DNA of 63,087 bases, counting the filler, from Reticulomyxa filosa (Eukaryota; Protista; Foraminifera), in NCBI GenBank assembly GCA_000512085.1. It is 18 parts of 18 records of this genome, joined end to end, with 100 filler letters (N's around TTAATTAATTAA, not from the genome) between each part and the next. Parts side by side here need not be neighbours in the genome. Positions count along the whole stretch, not along the records: positions 46,130 to 52,383 come from ASPP01002197.1; positions 52,484 to 53,601 come from ASPP01027528.1; positions 53,702 to 58,361 come from ASPP01004518.1; positions 58,462 to 60,000 come from ASPP01009227.1; 14 more parts are not named here. The stretch is one strand, 5' to 3'. Position numbers and translations under genes: made by a program. The notes under the pieces were generated by a model. The model did not search any database and had not been told where the DNA came from. It was given only the letters and a program-made list of their open reading frames with translations. This document shows, in pieces, positions 47,287 through 60,100 of the stretch; the stretch's first letter is position 1; each line of letters begins with the position of its first letter.

Positions 47287-47590
47287 CACAATAAACACAG
47301 AAAAAAGCACTTTGAGAGTTTACAAATGGAAGAGCTTTGCAAATGCTTTTAGATAGAAAGTCTATGCGAAAAGTGGCAAAACAAAATCTGAATCCAATTG
47401 AGAACATTTGGGATTACCAAGCGCCTTACTTACAAAAATAGACCATTTCCAGCAAAGAGGAACTTGAGGAGTTTAGCAAGCAATTGTACTCGATTGAAGG
47501 TGATTTGATGAAAGCGTTCTTTTGTGGGATATTCGATCAGATAAGAGAAATTAGATTGGGAACATGTGAAATAACGTGGTATAAATGCAT
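47287..47590 (+). mobile_element. Tc1/mariner transposase relic (second copy)
   Basis: Contains NLNPIENIW. About 200 bp align by eye to the reverse complement of 24545-24771. Confidence 0.78.
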
Positions 47591-48036
47591 TAAATTCATA
47601 CAATTAAAAAAGAACATAAAAGAGATGTACTATTAATTTGTGTTATAGCCCATACAGAGATCTAATACATATTTTACGGATAGTTTCTGTTACAGTTGAC
47701 AATTAGGGTTTTCAATTTCATCAACATAATAATTTAGTTTACACTTAATCTATTTTATAGTTTACTGAAAATCAAATTTGTCATTTCTGTTATCTTCAAC
47801 TTTTAGAGTTTACTTTGATGTCATTCTTTTTTGTTTTTTGCATTAGTTTAACTCCTATCTTAAGACTCAGCAATAGAACTTTCGCTCTTTGTATTTGCAT
47901 GTTAGTATTTTTACTTTTCTAACTGAACGTAATTATGTCTCTTATCTCAAATTATTTGACAAGAGTAAATGTATTAACAAAAATATTTTAAAATCAATTT
48001 ATTCACATAAGTAAAAACAATCAAAGAAATGAAACA

Positions 48037-51000
48037 TCAAAATAGTCCACCACGTTGTTTCACAAGCAATATTTGTTGATCTTCCAAACCCTTTGCATCT
48101 TTCCAAATACTGTCTTTCATTGACAAACCACTTTGAATACCTGCTCTCCAGATATAATGCACCATGCTAGTCTCAGTTACATTAACAGTTTTATCATTAT
48201 CAATATTCCATAATCGAATTGTTTTATCACCAGAACATGACACTATTTTTGAACCGTCTGGTGATAAGTCAATAACAGTAATACGCCCATTATGTCCTTC
48301 CAATACTTGAATATCTTTTCCTGAAAACACGTCCCATATTCGAATAGTTTTATCCCATGAACATGAAATAATTTTAGAACCATCCAATGAAAATTTTGTT
48401 CCCTGTATATAATCTGAATGCCCTTTTAATATTTGGATTTGTTTTCCAGTCAATACATTCCACAGTCGAATTGTCCTATCATTAAAACAAGATGCAATTG
48501 TGGTGCCATCTGGAGAAAATTGTATTTCAGTTACATGTTCATTTTCTTTGAATAAAAAAAGTTGTTTTCCAGATGATATGTCCCACACTCGAATTGTCTT
48601 ATCCGATGAATATGATGCAAGTTTAGAACTATCTGATGAAAGTTTTATCCCTTCTACAAAATTTGTATGCCCTTCAAATGTCTGAGTCTGTCTACCAGAT
48701 AATGTATCCCATAATCTAATTGTTTTATCCCATGAACAAGATATAACTTTATTTCCATCTGACAAAAATTGTGCTTCGGTTACATTACTAGAATGTCCAT
48801 TCAATAATCCAATTTGTCTTCCTGATGATATATCCCATATTTGAATTGTTTTATCATCTGAACATGACACAATTTTGGAACCATCTGGTGAAAATCGCAC
48901 TTTGTTTATATATGCTGAATGCCCTTCCAATAATTGAAGTTGTTTTCCTAATAACACATCCCATATTCGGATTGTCTTATCCAATGAATATGATACAATT
49001 TTAGAACCATCTGGTGAAAATAATACTCCATCTACAGTATTTAAATGGCCTTCAAATACTTGAATTTGTCTTCCTGATTGTACATCCCATAATCGTACTG
49101 TCTTGTCCACAGATCCTGACACAATTTTGGAACCATCAGGAGAAAATTCTACTGCTCTTATAACATCTATATATCCCTCTGTTAACTGAATTTTTCTTTC
49201 TAAAGATATATCCCATATTCGAATAGTTTTATCTTTTGAGCATGACAAAATTTTGGATTCATTTGGAAAAAATTCCACTCCATTTATTTCACTTGAATGT
49301 CCTTCTAATACTTGAATTTGTTTTCCAGATGATACATCCCATAATCGAATTGTATTATCGTATAAACCGGATGCAATTCTGGAGCCATCAAATGAAAATT
49401 TTGCTTTTTTTACATCGCTCGACAATTCTAGAACTTGGAGTTGTTTTCCAGATAACAAATCCCATATTCGAATTGTTTTATCGCTTGAATATGACAAAAT
49501 TGTTAAGTCATCCGGTGATAATTGAATTCCATTAATATCATTTGTGTGCTCTTTCAATAATTGAAGTTGTTGACCTGATAATGCGTCCCATATTCGAATA
49601 GTTTTATCATACGAGTATGATATAATCTTTGATCCATTTGATATGAATTGTACTCCAGTTACCTCATTTGTATGTCCTTTTAATAATAAAAGTTGCTTTC
49701 CAGAAGATACATCCCATATTCGAATAGTTTTATCTTCTGAACATGAAACAATTTTAGAATCATCTGGTGAAAATTTCACATCAAACACCCAACTCAAATG
49801 TCCATCTAATGATTTAATTTGTTTTCCAGACGATACTTCCCATATTCGAATAGCATAATCCGATGAACAAGATACAATCTTAGAATCATCTGATGAAAAT
49901 TCTACTAAACTCACAAAATATGAATGTCCTTTCAACAGTTGAAGTTGTTGACCTGATAATGCATCCCATATTCGAATGGTTTTGTCCAATGAACATGACA
50001 CAATTTTGGAACCATCATGTGAAAATTGAACTGCATGTATTGTATCTGAATGTCCTTCTAATACATGCAGTTGTTTTCTTGATAGTGTATCCCATATTCG
50101 AATAGTTTTATCACTTGAATAGGATAATATTTTTGTCCCATCAGGTGAAAATTGAATTCCCTTTACTGCATCTGAATGTCCTTCTAAGTATGCATATTCT
50201 CCAAAGTAAATATTATTCATTGACGTATTCGTGAAATTTACCTTGGTTAAACAAGTTTGATAAAAATGCGCATGATCTAAATTTGCATTACTAAAATTAG
50301 TTCCTTCAAGAAATGCATGATCTAAAATTGCATAAGGAATTTTTTATATTACTCCAATTTCGGTTGTGCATATTCACATTTGCTGAATTTAGTATAGTAA
50401 TTGCATTTGCTGCCGCAATGTTAACATTTTCATTATTTTTTGATGATTCAATAATTCGAAATAATCTTGATTTTAAATTTACAAATATTGGATTTAAATC
50501 ATCAATTCTTTCTACAATAAAATGAATAATTCCCAATTCTTCATTTAATAATTTACAATTGATGAGTAATTTTTGAACATGTTCTTCAAATTGTTGTTGA
50601 AATTGTTGGTTATCAATATTAGCAATATTGGGTTTCCATGAAATGATGTCAAATATGATTTTTTGTGCTGCATAATATTCCTGGCATGACCTATGTAAAA
50701 ATTGATATTTATTATCACCAACTCTTCTCAATACATATTTTGTAACGCTGTCACCATTGAAATATTTTTCCCACATATCTGGTGCTTTTGTAATTGGTAA
50801 TTTCACGTTTTCATTCACATTTTGATTTTTGTCATCATTTGTTTTTTTTTTACGTTTTAGGTACATTGCTTCCACCAAAATATTTTTTCCAAAAACTTTG
50901 TGTGCTTGAACTTGAAGTCGTAGTTTCATTCATTTTTAATTCTGTTTTGCTATCTTCATTTTTAATATCCATTTCCTGTGTCGGATCCAATTGACTCCAA

Positions 51001-52383
51001 ACATTTTCATTATAATCACTTTCTGTTGCAACTTGATTTCCTTGCATAAACATTTCGAATCCTAGATTTTGACAATATTGTTGAAATGCGAATTTGATTT
51101 TTCTGGGATTTGTTTGAATTCTTAACTCAGACAATTTATTTGTTATGTTTTTAACATGAATATCAATCCATTGTTCGTTGAATGCTTCATAAACTTGTGA
51201 TTTTGATATTTTAGTTCCAATTGGATGTTGCTTCGTTAATGATGGTAATACAGTTAATATCATTCGAAGTAAAAATGGCTCTTCCATCATTTTATGTAAA
51301 TTTGGAAAATTGTTTAATGTTTCTTCATATTGTTGTATTGTCCAGTCCTGATTATCATTCATTTTATTTTTTTTATTCATTTTTACAAATTTATCAATAT
51401 ATCCATTCATTTGTTCCTTTGAAAAAGGCCATAAATATATCATTGATGTTGTTGTTATGTTTTTTGATCCAATTAAAACATGTTGAACATCTTCATCATT
51501 TAATACATGACTTCGACACGTTACTATTATCTTTGCATTCCACTCATTTAAATTGAATTGTTCATAAAAATATCTTTCATTATTATATTTGTCAAATATT
51601 TCATCAAATCCATCCAAAATAAATACAAACGAAATATTCTCACGAACAGCATCAATTATCTCTTTATTGATATTTTTCATTTGTAATGCTTGAGAAATGA
51701 TTTGGTTTCCATTTAATTCATTAAAACATTTTGATAACGAAATATAAACAGGAATTGATGCTGTAGAGCCATTTACATATAATTCCCATAATGTTTCTTC
51801 TAAATGACGGCAAAATAGACTTTTTCCCGATCCTGATTTTCCTTGTAATACTATCACTTGTTGTTTTTGTTTTTCAGATTTTTTTTCTTCTTTTTCTTTT
51901 GTTAATGAATCGATTATATATTGATTACAATCATATAAATCATTTTTTTTATTATCATCATTATCAGTGAATGGATAATTATTTGCCTGTAATGGAATAT
52001 ATGTTTCAAGCGCCTGTGACATTGTTATATCTTCTTCTAATTCTCTTTTTCTTGACTCTTTCAATAATGATATAACATCGGCACAGCTTACTGGGTTCAT
52101 CTCGCCCATAATGTGTTTCTTAAAATATTCAAATAAAACCACATAAACGGCTTTACCTTTTGTTTCTTTTGGATTAAATTGACAAAGTTGATCATAAACA
52201 AATTTGGTTAATTTAAATATGATATTATTTTTGATATTAATTTCTTCTTCTTCATTTGTTTCTTTTAATTGTGGAGGTTTCAATATTCGAATTTCTGAAT
52301 GTGATATGTAACGATTTGCAATTTTTTTAATTTCTTTTGCATCAATCCATTCACAAATTATATCATTGATCTTTGTCAATGTT
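48037..52383 (-). CDS. STAND/NLR-like NACHT + pentapeptide + 16xWD40 protein, 5'-partial, split by two homopolymer frameshifts
   Basis: Walker A GKSGSGKS, Walker B FVFILDGFDE, IIVTCR, PFLLRM and FLHRSCQEY are present. Pentapeptide repeats (AILDHAFLEGTNFSNANLDHA) lie at about 50220-50340. There are 16 WD40 units and a C-terminal GL.....LVKQRGG. Frameshifts lie near 50850 and 50340. Confidence 0.93.
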
Positions 52384-52559
52384 NNNNNNNNNNNNNNNNN
52401 NNNNNNNNNNNNNNNNNNNNNNNNNNNTTAATTAATTAANNNNNNNNNNNNNNNNNNNNNNNNNNNNNNNNNNNNNNNNNNNNATTTCTTCCAATTATTT
52501 CCAAATTTTTGATGAAAGTGTCTTTGATATATGACAGTTTATTAATTGTTTTAGACAAT

Positions 52560-52960
52560 TCTCTCGTGCAATCAGTGCTGCATTCATATCTTTGTTTTGT
52601 CATTTTTGGAGATTGATTACATATCTTTCAATTCTTGTTTAAATAATTTTTTGAAATTTGAACATCCGTTTCTTTCATATTTTTAAGATTTCCCACATTC
52701 TATTGTCATTTTATTCATTGATAGCAATCGTTATCACAAATGCATTTTTATTGTTTTTGTTTTCCCAAGTATTACTGTTCTTTATATTAATCAATTGCAG
52801 CTCTATATTTAATTGTTGATTTTTTGGATTTTGATTGTCTGTAAAAGGAATCCATTGATTATAATTGCTTGATTTGTTTAATATATCACCCCAAACACTT
52901 ACATATTTCATTTTCAATGTATGTCTATTTTCTCCTTTCAAATAAGGTCCAAAAGACAAC
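52560..52960 (-). pseudogene. Chimeric relic: Kelch-like fragment followed by a possible caspase-like (peptidase C14) N-terminal fragment
   Basis: HTLKMKYVSVW...YNQWIPFTDNQN is followed by KNAFVITIAINE*..NLKNMKETDVQ, with stops and frameshifts. Family calls rest on recalled similarity only. Confidence 0.4.
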
Positions 52961-53339
52961 AAAAGATATCGTTGTAATTATTATCTATCAGTTTCACTAC
53001 AGATTGTCTATCTATTTTAATATGACTTTATTCGTGTTTGAGTGTATGATGAGAATGGCAAACTCTTTGTTGATAACTTCCACAAATAATTATTTCGTAT
53101 TTGAGTAGCACACATTGAGATTGAGAAAGTGGAGTAAGCAAATCCTTCAAAGTTTGAAAAGAAGTAGAAGTAAGAATATGTTGACTTTGTTTCGTTTGTC
53201 TTTTAAAAGACTTTTGTGTTGTAGTCCAATTTCCCGTGTTATTAGCGTAGCTTGAATTTTTTGATTTTTGTATTTTCTTTACTGATTTTGCATTTCATAG
53301 TCAAATTGTATTATTACTTGAACACGATATAATAAATTT

Positions 53340-53601
53340 ACTATCTGGAGAAAATTTTGTACGTATTACACGATCAAAGTGTTTTTTAAATTGTTTTAAT
53401 ATTTTGCCCAAATTCTACATTCCATAAACACATTGTTTTATCATATGATAATGATAAAATCATTCCAGAATGTATATCCCATAATCGTATTGTTTTATCT
53501 TGTAAACATGATATAATATATTTTCCATCTGGAGAAAAGTTTACATCCAATATTTTACATACATTTTTTTAAATTTCATTATTTCAGTTCCTGTATTAAT
53601 A
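53340..53601 (-). pseudogene. Degenerate WD40 fragments
   Basis: DVNFSPDGKYIISCLQDKTIRLWDIHSG and neighbouring broken repeats. Confidence 0.7.
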
Positions 53602-53882
53602 NNNNNNNNNNNNNNNNNNNNNNNNNNNNNNNNNNNNNNNNNNNNTTAATTAATTAANNNNNNNNNNNNNNNNNNNNNNNNNNNNNNNNNNNNNNNNNNN
53701 NTTTTTTTTTTATTATATATCTTTCCCCTCTCGTTCTTCCTCTAAAAAAAGCATTTTATTTTGCATTAATTTTTAAATATTGAATTTTCCAGTGATTCCA
53801 TTCGATACGGCATATGTAAAAGTTATATCTGAAACAATTTCTGGTTTTATCCCTTTTTTTTTGAAGAGAACGAAAACACAAA

Positions 53883-55242
53883 ATGAATCAAAATCGTATT
53901 TTTGGCAATTATTGGCGGAATCGAAATTTGAATGGTTTTTTCTGGTGTTCTAGACATGCTTGGTGTTCGCGTACCTCAAATTTCATGTCATCTTTTGGCC
54001 CGAAAAATAGAACGCTCCACCAAGTGAATAGGAACAGAGGGCGTTTCAAATTTCCTTGTGCAATATTAATTAGTGCTGTCGGCATAGCGCAAGTATCAGA
54101 ACCAAGAACAAATGTGACATTTGCAAATAGTTTCAAACATTACGACGGAACACAGCTCGATCTGATTAGTACAGGATATTTCCGGCCTTTTCATGACCCA
54201 TTTTCAAAAAGCACTCTTCTCGCAGCATATGGTGTATATCGCAAGCAATACAACAAAGAGGAGCTCAAACAATTTGAACAGAAGCGAACGAAAGAATTTG
54301 AGGAATTGAAAAAGAGACGTTTGGAATTAATAAAACAAATGTCTCCACAACAATATAAAAAAGAATACATCAACAAAGACCCACGTTATCAAATCCAAGC
54401 AGACCCGGCCCTAGACCATATGTACCGAGATTTGACATTGAATGATTTCCCATTCCACTATCGAAGAGCTTATTTTTTGCAACAAGAGAAACAATCTACT
54501 GCTACCACTTCTTCTTCTTCTTTTTCACAACGATCGCAAGCACCAGAAAAAGATAATATTCCTAAAAATGGCCAGAAATTTCTAAGCGCTCAAAAAAAAA
54601 GTAGTGACAACACAAAGGAGCCGAAACACAGCACCAATCCTACTACCCATGTCATGTCCACTGAGGAACTTCAGCGCAGCTTGTTACAGCCTGCACACGA
54701 TATGGACAATGTCTACGTTTATTCTGTACAATTTGTTACCACTCGTCCAGCTGATATTTTTTGGCAATTATTGTTCCAAGTTTTTTGTTTTTTTATGGAT
54801 ATATATCTTTGTTATATTTGCATACATATACATATATGCCGCAATAATTTTTTAAAAAAGGGCCTCTATTTTTTCAAACTTTTACAAGCGGAAAAAAATT
54901 TATGGTTAATCAAACAAACAAAAAAAGGAGCTAAACAGATATGGACAAGAAAAATATAGAACAATACCTTTGACAACAGTCAGTGGCACATTAATGAATA
55001 ATGCTGTAGAACAGCTCGCTACTTTGAACGAAAAGGATACAATTCTGTTTGTATGCAATGAGGGGAATCACCAATTTGAAATTTTCTATTTGCCACACAA
55101 AGATAATGACACAAATCAGCAACAATACTTTCAATTATTGTCCATTCAATCTGATCTTTTGTGTGATTGTGTCAATCATTTTTTCTTAGACCAAAAATCA
55201 ATAATTTGTAGATTAACACAAGGAATACCCATCGAAAATTGA
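53883..55242 (+). CDS. Chalcone-isomerase-fold (FAP/AIM18-AIM46-like) protein with probable mitochondrial presequence
   Basis: An Arg/Ser/Phe-rich, acid-free N-terminus is followed by VSEPRTNVTF...LDLISTGY...AAYGVY (cf. EPKTGV.FP...LLG.G.R...YA.G.Y). The C-terminus reads SIQSDLLCDCVNHFFLD. There is an intron near 54780-54860 and a frameshift in an A run near 54925. Confidence 0.65.
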
Positions 55243-57099
55243 AATCTTTTCTTAGGAAGAACTTCACTTGCGTTTATACGTTTTTCTTCTAGCCATGACA
55301 TTTTTAGCAATAGTTTTTGCATATGAAAACCACTTAATCTCTTTTCCTTTGTCCCGTTTTCTCATTGCCATATTCAATTTATACGTATGAAATGAATTCA
55401 TTTTAAATTTATTTGTTCAAAAATGTAGTGTAATCTGTCAAATTTTTTGTGTTTGCACAATAACTAGTAAAACCTCGTTAAAATTAAAGTTTACATCTTT
55501 TCTATTGTTGTGTTTGCTATGGCTAATGTTGTTAAAGAAAAATTTTATTGTGTACATGGCCTTTGTAATATAATATTTGTCACACGCAACATAACGTAAA
55601 AATAGAATAAGTGTATATAGATAGTATATAAGTTTCAAAAAAAAGGGAATACACATTACCAGAGAATGCTGATTCAACGTGCAACAATTCTCACCTAGAC
55701 AAACAAAGTTTTCAGTTTGATAATTGCAATGATACGAAATGCGTGCAATCAATATAGCACTCATTCTGAACTTAAAGCATCAATGGTTAACAATAACAGT
55801 TTCCCATTAAGTGTTAAGATTGTTGAACAATTAGTTCTGAAACAGCAAATAAAATATCATCACAAACGTTGCTCAAGAAAAAAGGATATATTGAAACTTT
55901 TTACATTTGTTAGAGTCGTTGTCCTCACTAGCAAATTTTCACATATTATTTTAATTCGATTAATTTTTTTAGACAGTTTAAGTCACAATCAAAAGGGCAC
56001 AGAACTTCCCTTTTTTTTAATTGAATGTTTAAATTCAGAATTGTTCAGTAATAAGTTGCTAAGTTAATAATTTTCGTTTTTCATATGTTGATATCTTGTA
56101 CTAAATCTCTTTCTATCTCATCGTTACTTTTTTGCTTTATGAATATCTTGCAAAGTTTTGTTGTGAGTTTTCAACGTACAAAACAATTTAGACATACTAA
56201 AAAAAAAAAGTACTATGGGCCAGTCAAAGTAAATTGACTTGTAAGATTGAAGCTATCAGCATATGAGGTCTGTTTTTTATATTTTATTATTTATTATTCA
56301 TACTTAGCTTGTTGAAATTTGTTTTAAAAAAATAACAAAAAGACTTACGAAAAGAATCACTTATATTTGAAGAGAAAAAAACGCTTATATCAACGAATAA
56401 CCAACGAAGATAATATCAAGTCCGAAAATGATATAAATGCATATAACTCCGATGAACAATGTATTTTTCCATCAACATTTTACACTAATCAAAACTTTTT
56501 TATTTTGTGTAGTTTAAGACACTAGTTTTTGTGAATAACAAAATCTTTTGCTTGTGCTTCGGTGTTATTTGATAAAAAATTATTATTATTTTTGATGTAT
56601 GCATAACATTTGATTATACCAAAGACAAAAAGCGATAAGACAATAGACCGAACTGAATTTTATGAACAACTGAAAGTAGCTGTGTTGTTTTATATTTTAT
56701 TGTGAACGAAAACACTCCAAAAAAGTAATGCATGTGAGTTGATTCCTTTGTTGTGAGCAAGTATTGCGGTTTGATGTCGACTTTAAACAAAGACAATGAG
56801 TAGTGACTGTAATTGTGGACGAAAGTCAACTTGACAAACATATCGATCACTGTCCAATTTTTTGGATCATCATATGAAAGTTTGTCTTCTTCAACCAAAA
56901 GCAATTGAGCAAAATATCGAATAGTATGAAAACGAATTGAACAAGGCAACTCAAAAACAAAAGCAACAAGATATAAAGTCTAAAAGGCGTTCTGCTCCAA
57001 GATAGTTCAGACAGTGACATTTTTAAATTAATTATTAACTTAATTTAATGTGAGCGAGACCTTTTTAATTGTTATGTCTTTGTTCAAATTGGGATATTG

Positions 57100-58250
57100 A
57101 TCGAGAGAATTTAAAGTATATAGTGATTTGAATGTAATTGTATATCAAGGTAAATCAATATGTAGCAGCAATTTGTATATCTTGGAATTTTGTTATGAAC
57201 ACAAATGGCTAGACGAAACTAAAAAAAATGTTTAAAGACAAAGACGATTTGGACAGCCGGTGAATGTAATAAATCAAAAATTCAATATCATATTAATCAC
57301 TCCAGATTTGATAAAAGCCAAAGACAATCTGTTAAACTGAAACAAAATCAAATGGAGGTATATTATCATCGACTAAGTGTATTGCTTGAACATCTATATT
57401 CTTTTGTGTAAAGAACGTTGAGCATATTCAAAAATCCAAAGACAGACCTCTTTCAAGCGCATGTCGTGCACTAATTCAAACAGCATGTAAGAATTGTTTA
57501 GTTTTATAGATCACAAGGAATATCCATCCGAAAGCGCATTTTTAAGGCAATCTCCGCCAAATTGATTGCAAGAATGCCAAGCTACATTACAACAATGCTT
57601 GCGACAAGACTGTTGCAACGCTTCAAATCATTGGTAGAAAAGGATTTGCAAGATTTTGAGTAAAAATAATTTGCATAGAGTTGACATTCTTCCAAAAGAA
57701 ATATTATCTAGCTATATATGAAAAAAGTTATGATCTATCTGAAAATTAGTTGCCAGAAGAACGCCTTAATGAATGTAGGGATGCAATTACGAAATTGCTG
57801 TAATAACACTTTTTTAATTCACAATGTCAAACCAAAATGTATACTGAATGAACTATATAAATTACAATAATGGAAAACTTGATCAATGTCATGTAAAATG
57901 ATATTATTAGACAAACTATTGCTGAAATTGAAAATATAGTGATATGTAGTGTTGAAATTTCCCAAATTCCAGATTGTTAAATATTATCAAAAAAATTTTT
58001 GGTGTATGTGGTATGCTTTCATGCAAAATTTGATATATCAGCACATGCATCGAACGACAAGATGCAATTGATTGTTTCACGATCAATGATGGATTTTTGC
58101 TTACAACGAGTGCTGGATGTGTATGCATTGATTTAATTGCAGCATATACTGTCATCATTTTTGACTAGATTGAAATCCGATATACATGCAATTTCCAGAG
58201 CATATCGTATTGGACAACCAAGAAAGTCATGTATATCGAATTACCACTCA
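57100..58250 (+). pseudogene. SNF2/CHD-family helicase pseudogene, heavily decayed
   Basis: MNVGMQLRNCCN, SCKMILLDKLLLKLK, FLLTTSAGCVCIDLIAAYTVIIFD* and AISRAYRIGQ match SNF2 motifs (FLLSTRAGGLGINL.AADTVIIFDSDWNP, RAHRIGQ). Many stops and frameshifts. Confidence 0.85.
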
Positions 58251-58619
58251 ATGTTATTATCAATCAATCAATAAATACATTATATTGCAAAAAAAACTGA
58301 CATACATAAATAGCACTATATGAATATATTCGATTTTCTCCATGAAAAATAAAGATTAAACNNNNNNNNNNNNNNNNNNNNNNNNNNNNNNNNNNNNNNN
58401 NNNNNTTAATTAATTAANNNNNNNNNNNNNNNNNNNNNNNNNNNNNNNNNNNNNNNNNNNNCGGAAAAATAGCTCACACAAACGAAAATAACCGATTATT
58501 CAAGCTTTCACTACACTTTTTTACAAAAGAAATAGCAAGAATCGGCGCGTTCGTTTCTTCTCAGCTTTACGGAGAAAAGAAAAAGGGGGAAGGGTGCAAT
58601 CATCCAATCCAACAAAACC

Positions 58620-59890
58620 ATGCCCTCAGCGATTTCGATTGCCGTTGGTGTTTGTGAGCTCATATTGGGTGGGCTATATTTGCCAATATTAACATATTAT
58701 ACGTATTATTATTGGAGACTGAAAGTATTTCGTTGTTTCGACAGAACATTTCCAAATGCCTTATTTTGTTTTTTTTTTTATTGTTTGTTTGTTCGGAGTG
58801 TGACAATAACAACAGAAAAAAAAAAAAAAAAAAGGAATCTTGCAGCCCTTTGCCATCGTTATCCTTATTTGGTGATAACAATGAACATTTTGGGGATAAT
58901 ATATATAATGGTGGCAATGCTCCACCTTCCCGAGCTGTTTCTAATAGACTGGGGCATAGAGTCGAAAGATAACGAAAATGGACGGACATACGATAAAGTG
59001 AGGTTGAGTTTGGTGGAGCTTGTGTTTGATCCGTTTTCGCAAATTTTTTTGCTACGTGCATATATGATACTGTACGATTTGAAGTATGCAATCCATTCGA
59101 GCCGGCAAAAGTGGAAGCAATACATCACAAAGCCGTTGGATGGTGTTGACAAAGCGTTGCAAACAGAGGTTTGGTATCTAAAGTATCGTGGGACTTTGGG
59201 GAATTCGCGGTGGTTATTACAACGATTTGTATTACCGAGCATTATTTTTACGACTGCTTTAGACGTGTTATGATTAATATAATATTATATATGTATACAT
59301 ATATATATGTATATGTATATGCATATATAATATTATATTTATATTTATATTTATATTTATATAAATAAACAGAACTGGCCAAGTAATTCTAAGTGTTAGC
59401 GCAGGTACGTATATCACAGGAATGCTGACATTATTGTATATAGTTGCTGGATTAATAATAGCATTCAGCATTCCATCGTATCGTGATTTTTTTCAGTTAC
59501 AAAAAGAATTAGCCAACACGTTGACGCTCGGTGGGGTTGCATTTGCTGCCTATTTTGGATTGGTGCTGCTTGGACACAACGTATTTCATTTGTCCAAACA
59601 GGTGACGTACGGCATTTTCACACCCGTGTTTTTGACCATTATACTTGTGTGTTGTCTTGGAACTACTCTTGGAGTCATTTACTCGAATATGGCTCATTTG
59701 TCCAAAGCCTTGCATCATCGTCGACTATTCATTCGCGGTGTGAATCCGAACTCGGTGCTTCATGTCTTTATTCGAAGTTTTAGCATTTCTCCCATTGTGC
59801 CTCACTCTCGTGTCCATCGTTCCATTGATTTGAACTTGTTGCTCAAAGATGCAACCGGATTTGATCTTTTCATGGAACAATTGCTTTCTG
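58620..59890 (+). CDS. 7TM protein with start of a C-terminal RGS domain, 3'-partial
   Basis: About seven hydrophobic segments, including RYP.LV after TM1 and DFFQLQKEL, are followed by LNLLLKDATGFDLFMEQLLS (RGS helices 2-3) just before an intron donor. Confidence 0.7.
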
Positions 59891-60100
59891 GTAGCTTTTT
59901 TTTTTTTTGAGAGTATACATACATATGTTTATACATGTACATACGTATATAAATGGACAAATTAAAAAAAAAAAAAAAACCTTGATGATGCTCAAAACAC
60001 NNNNNNNNNNNNNNNNNNNNNNNNNNNNNNNNNNNNNNNNNNNNTTAATTAATTAANNNNNNNNNNNNNNNNNNNNNNNNNNNNNNNNNNNNNNNNNNNN

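Noticed and set aside
25725-52383. Apparent immunity cluster (LRR, MACPF, HEAT, RTX/TPR, NACHT-WD40)
   Set aside because: Each gene is on a different contig separated by artificial linkers, so co-location is not evidence of linkage.
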